From: Candidatus Tayloriibacteriota bacterium
Lineage (GTDB): Bacteria; Patescibacteriota; Minisyncoccia; Phycocordibacterales; JACOZD01
Assembly: GCA_016181525.1 (NCBI GenBank)
Contig: JACOZD010000013.1
Span: 5,960-55,005 of the forward strand
Direction: 5' to 3'
DNA length: 49,046 nucleotides
Position 1 is the first letter of the stretch; the number at the start of each line of letters is the position of its first letter. The notes below the pieces were generated by a model that searched no databases, was not told where the DNA came from, and saw only the letters and a list, made by a program, of their open reading frames with translations. Shown here piece by piece: positions 27,694 through 35,442 of this stretch. Position numbers and translations under genes: made by a program.

Positions 27694-29493
27694 CTATCCC
27701 GCCGCCGCTTTGGCTTTGCGGATGGCGAGAATCTGCGACGGGTCGGAGGTGATAATCTGGTCCTCGGTGTAGGAGGCGATGATTTTAATAGCCACGTGCT
27801 TCAACCCCACAAAAAACATCCCTTCGCCGACATCCGACTCGAGAAGGAGATACTTCTCTTCGTCGGTCAGATTAAAAACCTTCTGCAAGCGGTCAACGGC
27901 CGTGGGCGATTGCTTGAGAAGAACCTGAATGGAAGAGTTGGTGATGATGGGCAGCCCGTACGGAGATTTAAGAAAATCATCCACGTCTTGGGTGATGGTG
28001 GCCAGACCCAAGAAATATTTGCGGCCGCGTTTGGCCAGAGAGAGGAGAAAGGAGGCCGTATCCTCCGACTTCATCATCCACCAGGCCTCGTCGATGACCA
28101 TCAGGCGCTTTTTGAGCTTCTTGCGGACGGCGTTCCAGATAAAGTGGGTGATGATGTACATTGCTACCGGCTTGAGCTCATCCTCCATGTCCCGAAGCGA
28201 AAAGACGATGAACTTGTGGCCGATGTCGACGTTCGAGGGGCGGTTGATAAAACCGGCCCAGGTGCCGCGAGTGTACTTGGAGAGTTTCTGGACTAAGGGC
28301 TCGCCGCCCTCCATGCCGCCGAGGACAAGTTCGAAGTCGGAGAGAAGGGGCGGTTCGGTACCCCGCCAGTTTGAGGTGGGAGTGATGTCTTTGAGGGCGT
28401 AAGTCTCGGTGATGGCCCGGTCAATAATGGCGTCCTCCTCGGGGGTGAGCCCGCCGAGCATGATGCGCATGAGGCCCACAAGATTAATAATGTTCGAGCG
28501 CAAGATGTCGGCGGTCGACTCGTCTTCTTGCGGCACAGGCAGATCGAAGGGGTTGATGTGGTGCTCGGAATTGAGAGAGATGTTGAAGTACTTGCCGCCG
28601 GTGGCCTCGGCCATAAATTCATACTCCTTCTCCGGGTCAATGACCAAAACGTCCGTGTCAAACATCAGGGTTCGGAGGATCTCGAGCTTGGTGGCGTAGG
28701 ACTTGCCGGAGCCGGACTTGGCCAAAGTGACCGAGTTGTAGTTCTCGAGAGAAAAGCGGTCGAAGAGAACCAAGGAGGCGTTGTGCCGGTTGACGCCGTA
28801 GAGAATACCTTTGTCGGAGGTCAGGTCGAAAGAGGTGAAGGGAAAGAGCGAGGAGAGCGGAGCGGAGTTGAGTTTGGAGTGGACAGCCAGTTCATCCAAT
28901 CCGGCGGGGATTATGCTCCGAAAGCCCTGCTCCTGCTGAAAGAGAGCCGGCTTGACGTAAACCAGCTTGGCGTCGAGGATGGATTTAATTTCCCCCTCGA
29001 CTTTGTTGAGTTCGTTCTCGTCTTCGGCGTAGATAGCGATATACAAACCGACGTCGAAGATTCTTTCTTGGGCCTGCTGGAGACTGTCGCGCAGGTTCTC
29101 GAGGTCTCCGTGCGCGGTGTCCAGCATCGGGTCCCGCACCAAACCCTTCTCCTCCCGGAGATGAATCTGGCTCTCCACCTCGGCCACCTTTTTTTGGAAC
29201 TGACGGAGAATCTTGGCCGTCTCGATGGGATGAACAAAGATAGAGACGTCGAAAACTTTGTCTAAATTGATAATGGGCGCAAACCATCCTTCGGAGAGAA
29301 AACGGGGGTAGGAGATGACGAAGAAGGAGCGCACCAATTTATTCCCCAAGCTCACCATCTTGGGGGTGATTTTCAGGGCCGAGGGGGCGAGGATGTCTTT
29401 AAGCTCCAAGACAGCCGCTTGATAAATCTCCTGCGGCAAAACCGGATTTTTCTCCTCCTCTTTTTCTTTTTTTAAGAAGTCCAGTAAACCCAT
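27694..29493 (-). CDS. virB4: VirB4/TrbE-family T4SS ATPase, central and C-terminal part
   Basis: Walker A LAKSGSGKSYATK, Walker B RLMVIDEAWWMM, and the VRSFFVISYPRFL region typical of Gram-positive VirB4 homologues. Confidence 0.9.
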   Translation of the reverse strand: MGLLDFLKKEKEEEKNPVLPQEIYQAAVLELKDILAPSALKITPKMVSLGNKLVRSFFVISYPRFLSEGWFAPIINLDKVFDVSIFVHPIETAKILRQFQKKVAEVESQIHLREEKGLVRDPMLDTAHGDLENLRDSLQQAQERIFDVGLYIAIYAEDENELNKVEGEIKSILDAKLVYVKPALFQQEQGFRSIIPAGLDELAVHSKLNSAPLSSLFPFTSFDLTSDKGILYGVNRHNASLVLFDRFSLENYNSVTLAKSGSGKSYATKLEILRTLMFDTDVLVIDPEKEYEFMAEATGGKYFNISLNSEHHINPFDLPVPQEDESTADILRSNIINLVGLMRIMLGGLTPEEDAIIDRAITETYALKDITPTSNWRGTEPPLLSDFELVLGGMEGGEPLVQKLSKYTRGTWAGFINRPSNVDIGHKFIVFSLRDMEDELKPVAMYIITHFIWNAVRKKLKKRLMVIDEAWWMMKSEDTASFLLSLAKRGRKYFLGLATITQDVDDFLKSPYGLPIITNSSIQVLLKQSPTAVDRLQKVFNLTDEEKYLLLESDVGEGMFFVGLKHVAIKIIASYTEDQIITSDPSQILAIRKAKAAAG

Positions 29494-29502
29494 GAAATTA
29501 TC

Positions 29503-30138
29503 TCAACCCGTTTTCATGATTTTTTGCGTTTCGCCCGGATTAAAAACTTTATAGAAAAGTTCAATTATCTCCTCGGTGCCGAGGGGGACGGTGCGCAGGC
29601 CCATCCGGGAAAGTCCCTGCTCCACTACCGCCACTCTCTGCATGAGCTGGGTGCGTCGCTCCTCGAAGGTGACGAGCTTCTCCTCCAGAGCAGCGGGCCC
29701 CTCTTTCTTTTTGATAAGCGACGTCACCACATTGCCTCCGGCCGATAAAATAGTCGGCGAGTATGGCACCACCAGAAAGAAACTTTTCGTCATGATGTTC
29801 GAGGTCTCGGTGAAGGTTTTGACGAACTCGATGTACTCGCGGGTTTGAATCTTCATGAGCTCGGTGAGCTGGGCTCGGTAGCGCTCCTCGAGAAGGGCCA
29901 GGTAAGGTTTAATGTCCAGGCGGCGGGACTGGATGACAATCTGGATGGTGAAGTCCAAAGAGTTCAGAAAGTTTTGGAACTGAAATAAAATACTCGCCTG
30001 CTCATCGGCTGACTTCAAGGCAAAATTGACGGATGAAGTAAGAAGGATGGCGCGCATGGAGCTGTCTCGCAGCACTGCCGCGCCGTCTCTCACTTCTTTG
30101 ATGGGTACAAATTCCTGTGCCGCCTTCGATGCAGGCAT
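29503..30138 (-). CDS. virB4: VirB4 N-terminal domain, encoded as a separate ORF ending in an in-frame TGA
   Basis: AQEFVPIKEVRDGAAVLRDSSMRAILLTSSVNFALKSADEQASILFQFQNFLNSLDFTIQIVIQS matches the N-terminus of Tn916-Orf16/TcpF-type VirB4 proteins. It is in the same reading frame as 27694-29493. Confidence 0.8.
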   Translation of the reverse strand: MPASKAAQEFVPIKEVRDGAAVLRDSSMRAILLTSSVNFALKSADEQASILFQFQNFLNSLDFTIQIVIQSRRLDIKPYLALLEERYRAQLTELMKIQTREYIEFVKTFTETSNIMTKSFFLVVPYSPTILSAGGNVVTSLIKKKEGPAALEEKLVTFEERRTQLMQRVAVVEQGLSRMGLRTVPLGTEEIIELFYKVFNPGETQKIMKTG

Positions 30139-30208
30139 GGCAGTATTGTATCAGATACCAGATGTCAGATGATAGAGGTTAAAGGTCAAAATAAGGTTGG
30201 AAATAGAA

Positions 30209-30616
30209 CTATTTTTTAGTCTTAATGTCCAGACTCCACGAGAGTTCGCGGAGTTTGCTGTTCGAGAGTTTGGGCACGAAAGATGCTTCTTCTTTATCCT
30301 CGGGGAGAGCGGGGGCAGGTTTTGTTTTCGGCCTGGCCGACTGCTTGCGCCAGATGTAGAGTTTCTCGGAGAAGACGAAGCGGGCCGCCGCCTCAACGAT
30401 GGTGATAAAGGGTTTGCCATTGATTTTGTAGAAGGCCAAGGCCACGGCGAAACCGGCCAGGAGGGGAATTATGAAAATGGCGAGAAAAAGCGGCAGAAAG
30501 CGAAAGACCATGTAGCAGAGCCCCGCTCCGCCGGCCAGATAGATAAATTGCTTCAAGGTCAAAGGCCCGAAAATTTTGTCTTCAATCTCTATAAACTGCG
30601 GGACTTGGTATTGCAT
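30209..30616 (-). CDS. PrgI-family (VirB3-like) T4SS membrane protein
   Basis: MQYQVPQFIEIEDKIFGPLTLKQFIYLAGG followed by two TM helices. Length 135 aa. Confidence 0.75.
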   Translation of the reverse strand: MQYQVPQFIEIEDKIFGPLTLKQFIYLAGGAGLCYMVFRFLPLFLAIFIIPLLAGFAVALAFYKINGKPFITIVEAAARFVFSEKLYIWRKQSARPKTKPAPALPEDKEEASFVPKLSNSKLRELSWSLDIKTKK

Positions 30617-30628
30617 TTTGGCTGCAAG

Positions 30629-31354
30629 CTACTCTGCCGGTTCTCTATACGGGTCGGGGCGGTACTTCGGCGGCTCGAGTGGGGCGGCAGATTTAGCGGC
30701 GGTGTTTTTCTCAATAGCGCGAGCCAAGCGTTCTTCAAAGGTGATACTCGGCCCCTCCTCCTTCGTGATGGCAAGAGGATTCTCGATGCCCTTGAGAATC
30801 TCCTCCCTCGGCGGATGACTCTCCTCGAGAGACGGAGGCGTCGCCTCCTCGTGGGCAGGCAAGCCGATCTCGCGCGGGTGTTCGATGTCGTGCACGATTT
30901 CCTCCTTCTCCTCTATGGGCGGCAGAGGCGCTGCGGGAGCCGGCTTTGGCACAATAATTTCCATCTTCGGGTCAAGCTCGTGCATTTCCCTGGCCACCTT
31001 CTCCTGCTTTGAAATTATGGCCTCTTCTCCATAATTATGAGGTGACACCTCATAAGCGATGCTGTGGACCTTCTTTATTGAGTCCTTAACGGGCCTGAAG
31101 ATAAGAGCATTAATCTCCTGTCCCATCTCTTTGGCCTTGTCCTCCGAAATCTTCAAGGCCATGGAGAGCTCCTTGATGAAGTTCGAGGGATGAGTGGCGC
31201 CGGCCATCACCTTCCTTATCTCTACCCCAAGCTCACCCACCCTATCGTCGTCCAAACCAAATTTGGAGCCGATATCAATCATCTGCCGCGAAACTTCGGG
31301 CGAGACAAAAGCCCGCTGAATGTCCTCCGGCAGTTCTTCAAATTTTTTTCCCAT
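30629..31354 (-). CDS. Hypothetical protein (helical N-terminal domain, Pro/Glu-rich tail) containing an in-frame palindromic repeat
   Basis: Coherent ORF inside the cluster. The palindrome at 31035-31055 encodes YEVSPHN in the linker. Confidence 0.7.
   Translation of the reverse strand: MGKKFEELPEDIQRAFVSPEVSRQMIDIGSKFGLDDDRVGELGVEIRKVMAGATHPSNFIKELSMALKISEDKAKEMGQEINALIFRPVKDSIKKVHSIAYEVSPHNYGEEAIISKQEKVAREMHELDPKMEIIVPKPAPAAPLPPIEEKEEIVHDIEHPREIGLPAHEEATPPSLEESHPPREEILKGIENPLAITKEEGPSITFEERLARAIEKNTAAKSAAPLEPPKYRPDPYREPAE
31035..31055. repeat. Copy of the ATGAGGTGWCACCTCAT palindrome (21-bp perfect palindrome) inside a CDS
   Basis: ttatgaggtgacacctcataa read directly. Frame checked against the CDS start at 31354. 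Confidence 0.95.
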
Positions 31355-31365
31355 GTTCGTGATTA

Positions 31366-33300
31366 TTACCAGATACCTCGACCGCCGCCGGTTTTAATAA
31401 AGTTAAAGGCGGCATGCCCGCCAGTGGCGGCAGCGGCAGTGTTAAGATTTCTAATAATCGTTCCGATTTGTTGTCTAGTGGTATCAGGCAAATCCTCCAT
31501 AGTTTTAAGGTGACTTGGCCGCAGATGACGGACAAGTCCGGCGTTGGCAATCGTCGGGTCGTTCTCAATCTGCTTCTTCAAATCCTGGGCTTTGGTGTTG
31601 CGAACCAGCCGGCCGGCCACATCAGCGGCCATGGGGATGGCGCCAGAAACGGCATCCTTGAGAAGCTTGGCCCGAGCGCCTTTAATCTCCGCTTTGTCTT
31701 TGTCGGACTTCTCGCTCCGATTAACCACGTAGTCAAACTGCTCGGCATCAAGGTGCTGGAGCATAATGGGATGAGAAAGCTCCTTGACGTCCAGCGCCTC
31801 AATCTCCTTGTTGGACATTTTATCAAGAACATCGGCGATGGCCCTGTGGTTAGCCGGCGTGGGCACCGCCACCAAGTTGGCCTTGATAATTTCTTTGTTG
31901 CCGACCGCCCGGGCGATTGTCGTCATTTCCTTCTTCTCCGTCTTCCTAGCCTCAAGAATATCCTTGCGCGATTTGGCGCTCCCGAACTTGGCCTCAAGCA
32001 TAGGAGTAGTAATAATCTTTCTAACCTTCGAGCCGGCGTAGGTGGCGCCGAAGCGGCTCTCCTTCAGCCGCTTATCTAGGCGCTGACCAAACTGCCCGAC
32101 AGTGGCCCGGCCCAGAGCGCCCTGGCCCCACTTGCGGGCGCTCTGACCCCCTTTGATAATCATGCCCGAGCCGTAGACGCCGAAGCTCTTGGCAACCACC
32201 AGACAGAAGATAATGATGGCAATAATGAAAACATAATTGAGTAAAACGCCGATGCTGCTGGCTCCGACCTGAAAGAGAAGAGAGGAGAAAGAGTCCTCGG
32301 CGCCGGGGATGATTTCGGTAACCTTGGGAATGAGCTCCATCGCCACCCAAAGGAGAAGCATCACGGCGGGAGCGAAGAGGGCCTGATTCCAGAGCGTTAA
32401 CCACCACTTGTCCGTCAGCTTCTTTAGATTTGGGAGAATCCAGGTGGCGAAGGCCAGAGGTGAAAGAGCGAGCAAGAATAGAAAAGCCACAAACCGCGTT
32501 ACCAAGAAAAGAGAAATGACAAAAAAGACGAAGGCGGCTATCAGGACGAAGATGCTGCCGCCAACGGTGGCGATGAAAAAGGTCCCGGTTTCGGAAAAAC
32601 CGGCCGCAACCTTTTGCTTGAAGTCCTGGGTAAAAGCAGCGCCGATTTCTCCGCGGGCGCCTTTGGTAGTGTCATAGATAGTAGTCAGACTTAAACGGTC
32701 CATAATGGTGTTGGAGAAGCCCGGTTTAGTCCCCGCGCCGAAGGCGAAACTGCCCGTCTTCGGCACCAGCCGGTAAAAATGTAGAGCGGCAATATTAGAG
32801 CCGTCAATGACCACTTTGGTAAAGAAAAGCGAGAAGTTGATTAAGAGAGCGGCGATAATCATGCGGATAAGGAGTTTTTTAGTTTCGCCCGTGGAGACGC
32901 CGAGGATGGTGCGGATTGAGATATAGAGAGCGAAAAAGATAAAGAGGATGTTGGCCAAGTCCCTAACTCTCACCCAGGCGCTGTTTATCATGTCAAGTTT
33001 CTTAATGTTCTCGGAGAGGTCAACAACAGTTATCTGGACGACAAAGTTCAAAACGGCACCGGCAAGCCAAAGCACAAAACCGGCCAAACTCAAGACTAAG
33101 TTGCCGCTGCTCTTAATAGCCACGTTAACAAGTTGAAAGGCGCTATCAATGCCAAACCCGACCATGATTTTGAAAGGGTTGGGCATAGGACCACCTCCAA
33201 GGCCCTGCGCTGCCGCCACCTTGACATCGAGCGGTATAACAAAGACAACCATCGCTAGCAGAGCCGCAAATATGAAGATGTAAGGCAAAGATTTCTTCAT
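31366..33300 (-). CDS. VirB6/TrbL-like polytopic T4SS membrane protein with a long hydrophilic C-terminal tail
   Basis: Signal peptide or TM, about 7 further TM helices over 390 aa, then a 250-aa K/A-rich tail. Its position next to VirB3-like and VirB4 genes supports the call. Confidence 0.6.
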   Translation of the reverse strand: MKKSLPYIFIFAALLAMVVFVIPLDVKVAAAQGLGGGPMPNPFKIMVGFGIDSAFQLVNVAIKSSGNLVLSLAGFVLWLAGAVLNFVVQITVVDLSENIKKLDMINSAWVRVRDLANILFIFFALYISIRTILGVSTGETKKLLIRMIIAALLINFSLFFTKVVIDGSNIAALHFYRLVPKTGSFAFGAGTKPGFSNTIMDRLSLTTIYDTTKGARGEIGAAFTQDFKQKVAAGFSETGTFFIATVGGSIFVLIAAFVFFVISLFLVTRFVAFLFLLALSPLAFATWILPNLKKLTDKWWLTLWNQALFAPAVMLLLWVAMELIPKVTEIIPGAEDSFSSLLFQVGASSIGVLLNYVFIIAIIIFCLVVAKSFGVYGSGMIIKGGQSARKWGQGALGRATVGQFGQRLDKRLKESRFGATYAGSKVRKIITTPMLEAKFGSAKSRKDILEARKTEKKEMTTIARAVGNKEIIKANLVAVPTPANHRAIADVLDKMSNKEIEALDVKELSHPIMLQHLDAEQFDYVVNRSEKSDKDKAEIKGARAKLLKDAVSGAIPMAADVAGRLVRNTKAQDLKKQIENDPTIANAGLVRHLRPSHLKTMEDLPDTTRQQIGTIIRNLNTAAAATGGHAAFNFIKTGGGRGIW

Positions 33301-33305
33301 CTTAA

Positions 33306-34208
33306 TTACCTGCCCAAGCCCTCTTGGATGACTGTCTTGATTAACTGATTGGCCAGAGCGCCGATAATCTCATCCAACTCGTCGGCCAGCTCAAGCTGGC
33401 GCAAGTTGCCGCCCAAGGCGGTGTTTAGCTGACCCTCGATAACCGCTCCCGGCGTCCTGATCTTGCCGTCGGCGCCCTTGATGGAAAAGAATCCCTGACC
33501 CCAGTTCAACTTCATAAGCTCGATGTTTTGCCTAGAGCTCACCCGGGCGGCCAGATCGGCTTCTGTCTCAAGATGGGAACCGTAAGGATTGTTGACGTTT
33601 CTGGTAGTCATGGCCGCCCAGGCGTCCCAGCCGCCCTTGGAGAAGTCGCCGCCGGTAAAGTCCTCGATGGCCCCGCCGACGTTGCCGACAATATCGTCCA
33701 AGGTGCAGCCGATGTAGCGCTGGCGGGAGTAAGCCAGCCGCAGAGACAGACGGATGTTCAACTTAAACGGGTCGCAGAGAAAGCCCAAAGCCGTGCCCGA
33801 GATATACTCGCCGATAATGTTGCCGGCCGTGTCAGCGAAAAAGGCCTCGGGGTCGTCGACGAAGGTCGGGCCGCCCTCAAAACCGCTCTCAATCCAGTCA
33901 ACGATGGACTCGGTAAAGGCCCGGATGAGGGGCTTGACAACGGCGTTGATGAACAAACCGTCCGAGACGCACTCCTTGATGTAGAGAGACTGAAGCGATT
34001 GGGAAGATAGAGTGTTGACGGCAAAATTGGACGAATCAAAAACCGGCACGGTCAGAGAGTCGGTGGGAGGAATGGTGTCGTCGTCGGACGGACAGGCCGC
34101 CTGGACGGGCCTCGGCGCAGTCAGGAAAATCAGCGAGCCGGCGATAAAAGAAAGACAGAGAGAAAGAGCAGTGTGAGCGTAAAAAGATTTTAAGAAACGC
34201 CTAGACAT
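33306..34208 (-). CDS. Secreted protein of unknown function
   Basis: Signal peptide ending PVQAA. One of the few genes with a GGAGG Shine-Dalgarno, 12 nt upstream of its ATG. Confidence 0.7.
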   Translation of the reverse strand: MSRRFLKSFYAHTALSLCLSFIAGSLIFLTAPRPVQAACPSDDDTIPPTDSLTVPVFDSSNFAVNTLSSQSLQSLYIKECVSDGLFINAVVKPLIRAFTESIVDWIESGFEGGPTFVDDPEAFFADTAGNIIGEYISGTALGFLCDPFKLNIRLSLRLAYSRQRYIGCTLDDIVGNVGGAIEDFTGGDFSKGGWDAWAAMTTRNVNNPYGSHLETEADLAARVSSRQNIELMKLNWGQGFFSIKGADGKIRTPGAVIEGQLNTALGGNLRQLELADELDEIIGALANQLIKTVIQEGLGR

Positions 34209-34352
34209 GTGAACCTTTTCCCTCCTTGAGGGTTTGCCTCAATTTTAGCATGAAGATAAGGGGACAATATCCACAAAGCTCCTTGGCGGCTATCAGTTTT
34301 CAGTCACTTATTAGCTCCAGAAACCCAACCCCTGACAGCTGACAGTCAGAAG

Positions 34353-34383
34353 CTTAACTATGAGGTGTCACCTCATAGTTAAG
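34353..34383. repeat. 31-bp perfect palindrome containing the ATGAGGTGWCACCTCAT core
   Basis: cttaactatgaggtg t cacctcatagttaag read directly. It starts 9 nt downstream of the stop at 34392-34394. Confidence 0.95.
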
Positions 34384-34391
34384 ACGCTCAC

Positions 34392-35366
34392 CTATAAGCT
34401 GATTCCGGTGATGGCATATCCTCCTTCCCCCTTAGAGAAGACAACCCCCTCAAGAGAAAAGTAGTCCTGAAGCTCGCCGACAGATTTTTCAAGCTCCTTG
34501 ACATGGTCGGGATAAAGAGCGAAGCTCGAGAGACCGGCCACGTAGTCGTCGTTCATGCCGCGCAGACCTTTGAGACTAGAGTGAATCTGACTCAAGGTGT
34601 TGACGAAGCGCAGGTGCTCCGAGAGCGCCTCGTCCGGAACTTTAATTTTTAATATCGCCGACAGGCCCTTTTGGTAAGCGGAGATAATGGGGTCGAGCTT
34701 GCGGAGCTCCCGCTCGCCGCCCTTTGAGAGAGCCCGGGCGAAAATGACGAGTTCATTCTCCATCTTCTTCGGAGAGTTTTTGAGGATGGCGGCGCCCAGA
34801 GCGTTGCCGTAGGCTTCAATCTCGGTCGGGCCCTCGGGTGTGAAAGTTTTGACGTCACTCTCGGTGTATTTTTTAAATGGCACCACCAAGTTGCGGTTGA
34901 GAACGCTCTCAATGAGATTCGCCTTATCTGCTTCATCCAAGACCCGGCCGCTCTGGCGGAGCTCCCAGTACCGCCCGAAAAACTCTCGAGCGAAGGCCTC
35001 GGTGCGGGTCTTGGGCCCCGCCTCCTCGCCGGCCGCGCTTGGCGTCTTCTGTGCGCTAGGCGAAGGCATCTTGTCTTTGGGACCCTTAAGTATCGGACTG
35101 CGGCCGACCTTTACTTCTTCTCCATCGTTCGTACCGTCTCCGTCGGTGTCTTTCTTTTGCCGGTCGGTCTTCCAAAGTTCCTCCTCCCAGTCCTCGAGGC
35201 CGTCATCGTCGCTGTCGCGAAACTCGGCGGCGGAGAGAATGTTCGAAAGAGAACTGGCGGGAGCGAGTTCCACCCTCTCCCCGGTGTTAAAAAGCTCAAA
35301 GCCGAGAATCACCCCCACCGACAGAACTGCCGCCGCGAGCACTGCCAGAGCCGATGATGACTTCAT
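34392..35366 (-). CDS. Secreted protein with thrombospondin-type-3-like calcium-binding repeats
   Basis: Signal anchor, then DSDDDGLEDWEE and DTDGDGTNDGEE acidic repeats. Confidence 0.7.
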   Translation of the reverse strand: MKSSSALAVLAAAVLSVGVILGFELFNTGERVELAPASSLSNILSAAEFRDSDDDGLEDWEEELWKTDRQKKDTDGDGTNDGEEVKVGRSPILKGPKDKMPSPSAQKTPSAAGEEAGPKTRTEAFAREFFGRYWELRQSGRVLDEADKANLIESVLNRNLVVPFKKYTESDVKTFTPEGPTEIEAYGNALGAAILKNSPKKMENELVIFARALSKGGERELRKLDPIISAYQKGLSAILKIKVPDEALSEHLRFVNTLSQIHSSLKGLRGMNDDYVAGLSSFALYPDHVKELEKSVGELQDYFSLEGVVFSKGEGGYAITGISL

Positions 35367-35400
35367 CAGGTAAGTATAGCGAAAACAGGAGAATGGTGTA

Positions 35401-35421
35401 GAGGTTAGATATTAGATGTTA
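35401..35421. repeat. Short intergenic repeat GAGGTTAGATATTAGATGTTA
   Basis: 18 nt (35404-35421) are the exact reverse complement of 36903-36920. An imperfect direct copy lies at 36867-36886. Confidence 0.85.
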
Positions 35422-35442
35422 AAATTCAGATATAATTAACAA

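Noticed and set aside
27586-29265. 236-aa and 245-aa plus-strand ORFs
   Set aside because: They are antisense to the VirB4 gene.
29503-29505. Genome-wide TGA reassignment (code 4/25) or selenocysteine at the VirB4 TGA
   Set aside because: All other genes are long and intact under the standard code. TGA serves as the terminal stop of several of them, for example superoxide dismutase at 758-760 and the small secreted protein gene at 36861-36863. I saw no SECIS-like hairpin immediately downstream.
30197-31012. 271-aa plus-strand ORF
   Set aside because: It runs antisense across two well-supported minus-strand genes and is Arg-rich and low in complexity.
24283-34383. The palindromic repeats as a CRISPR array
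   Set aside because: There are only four copies, irregularly spaced by kilobases. No regular repeat-spacer structure or cas genes are present.
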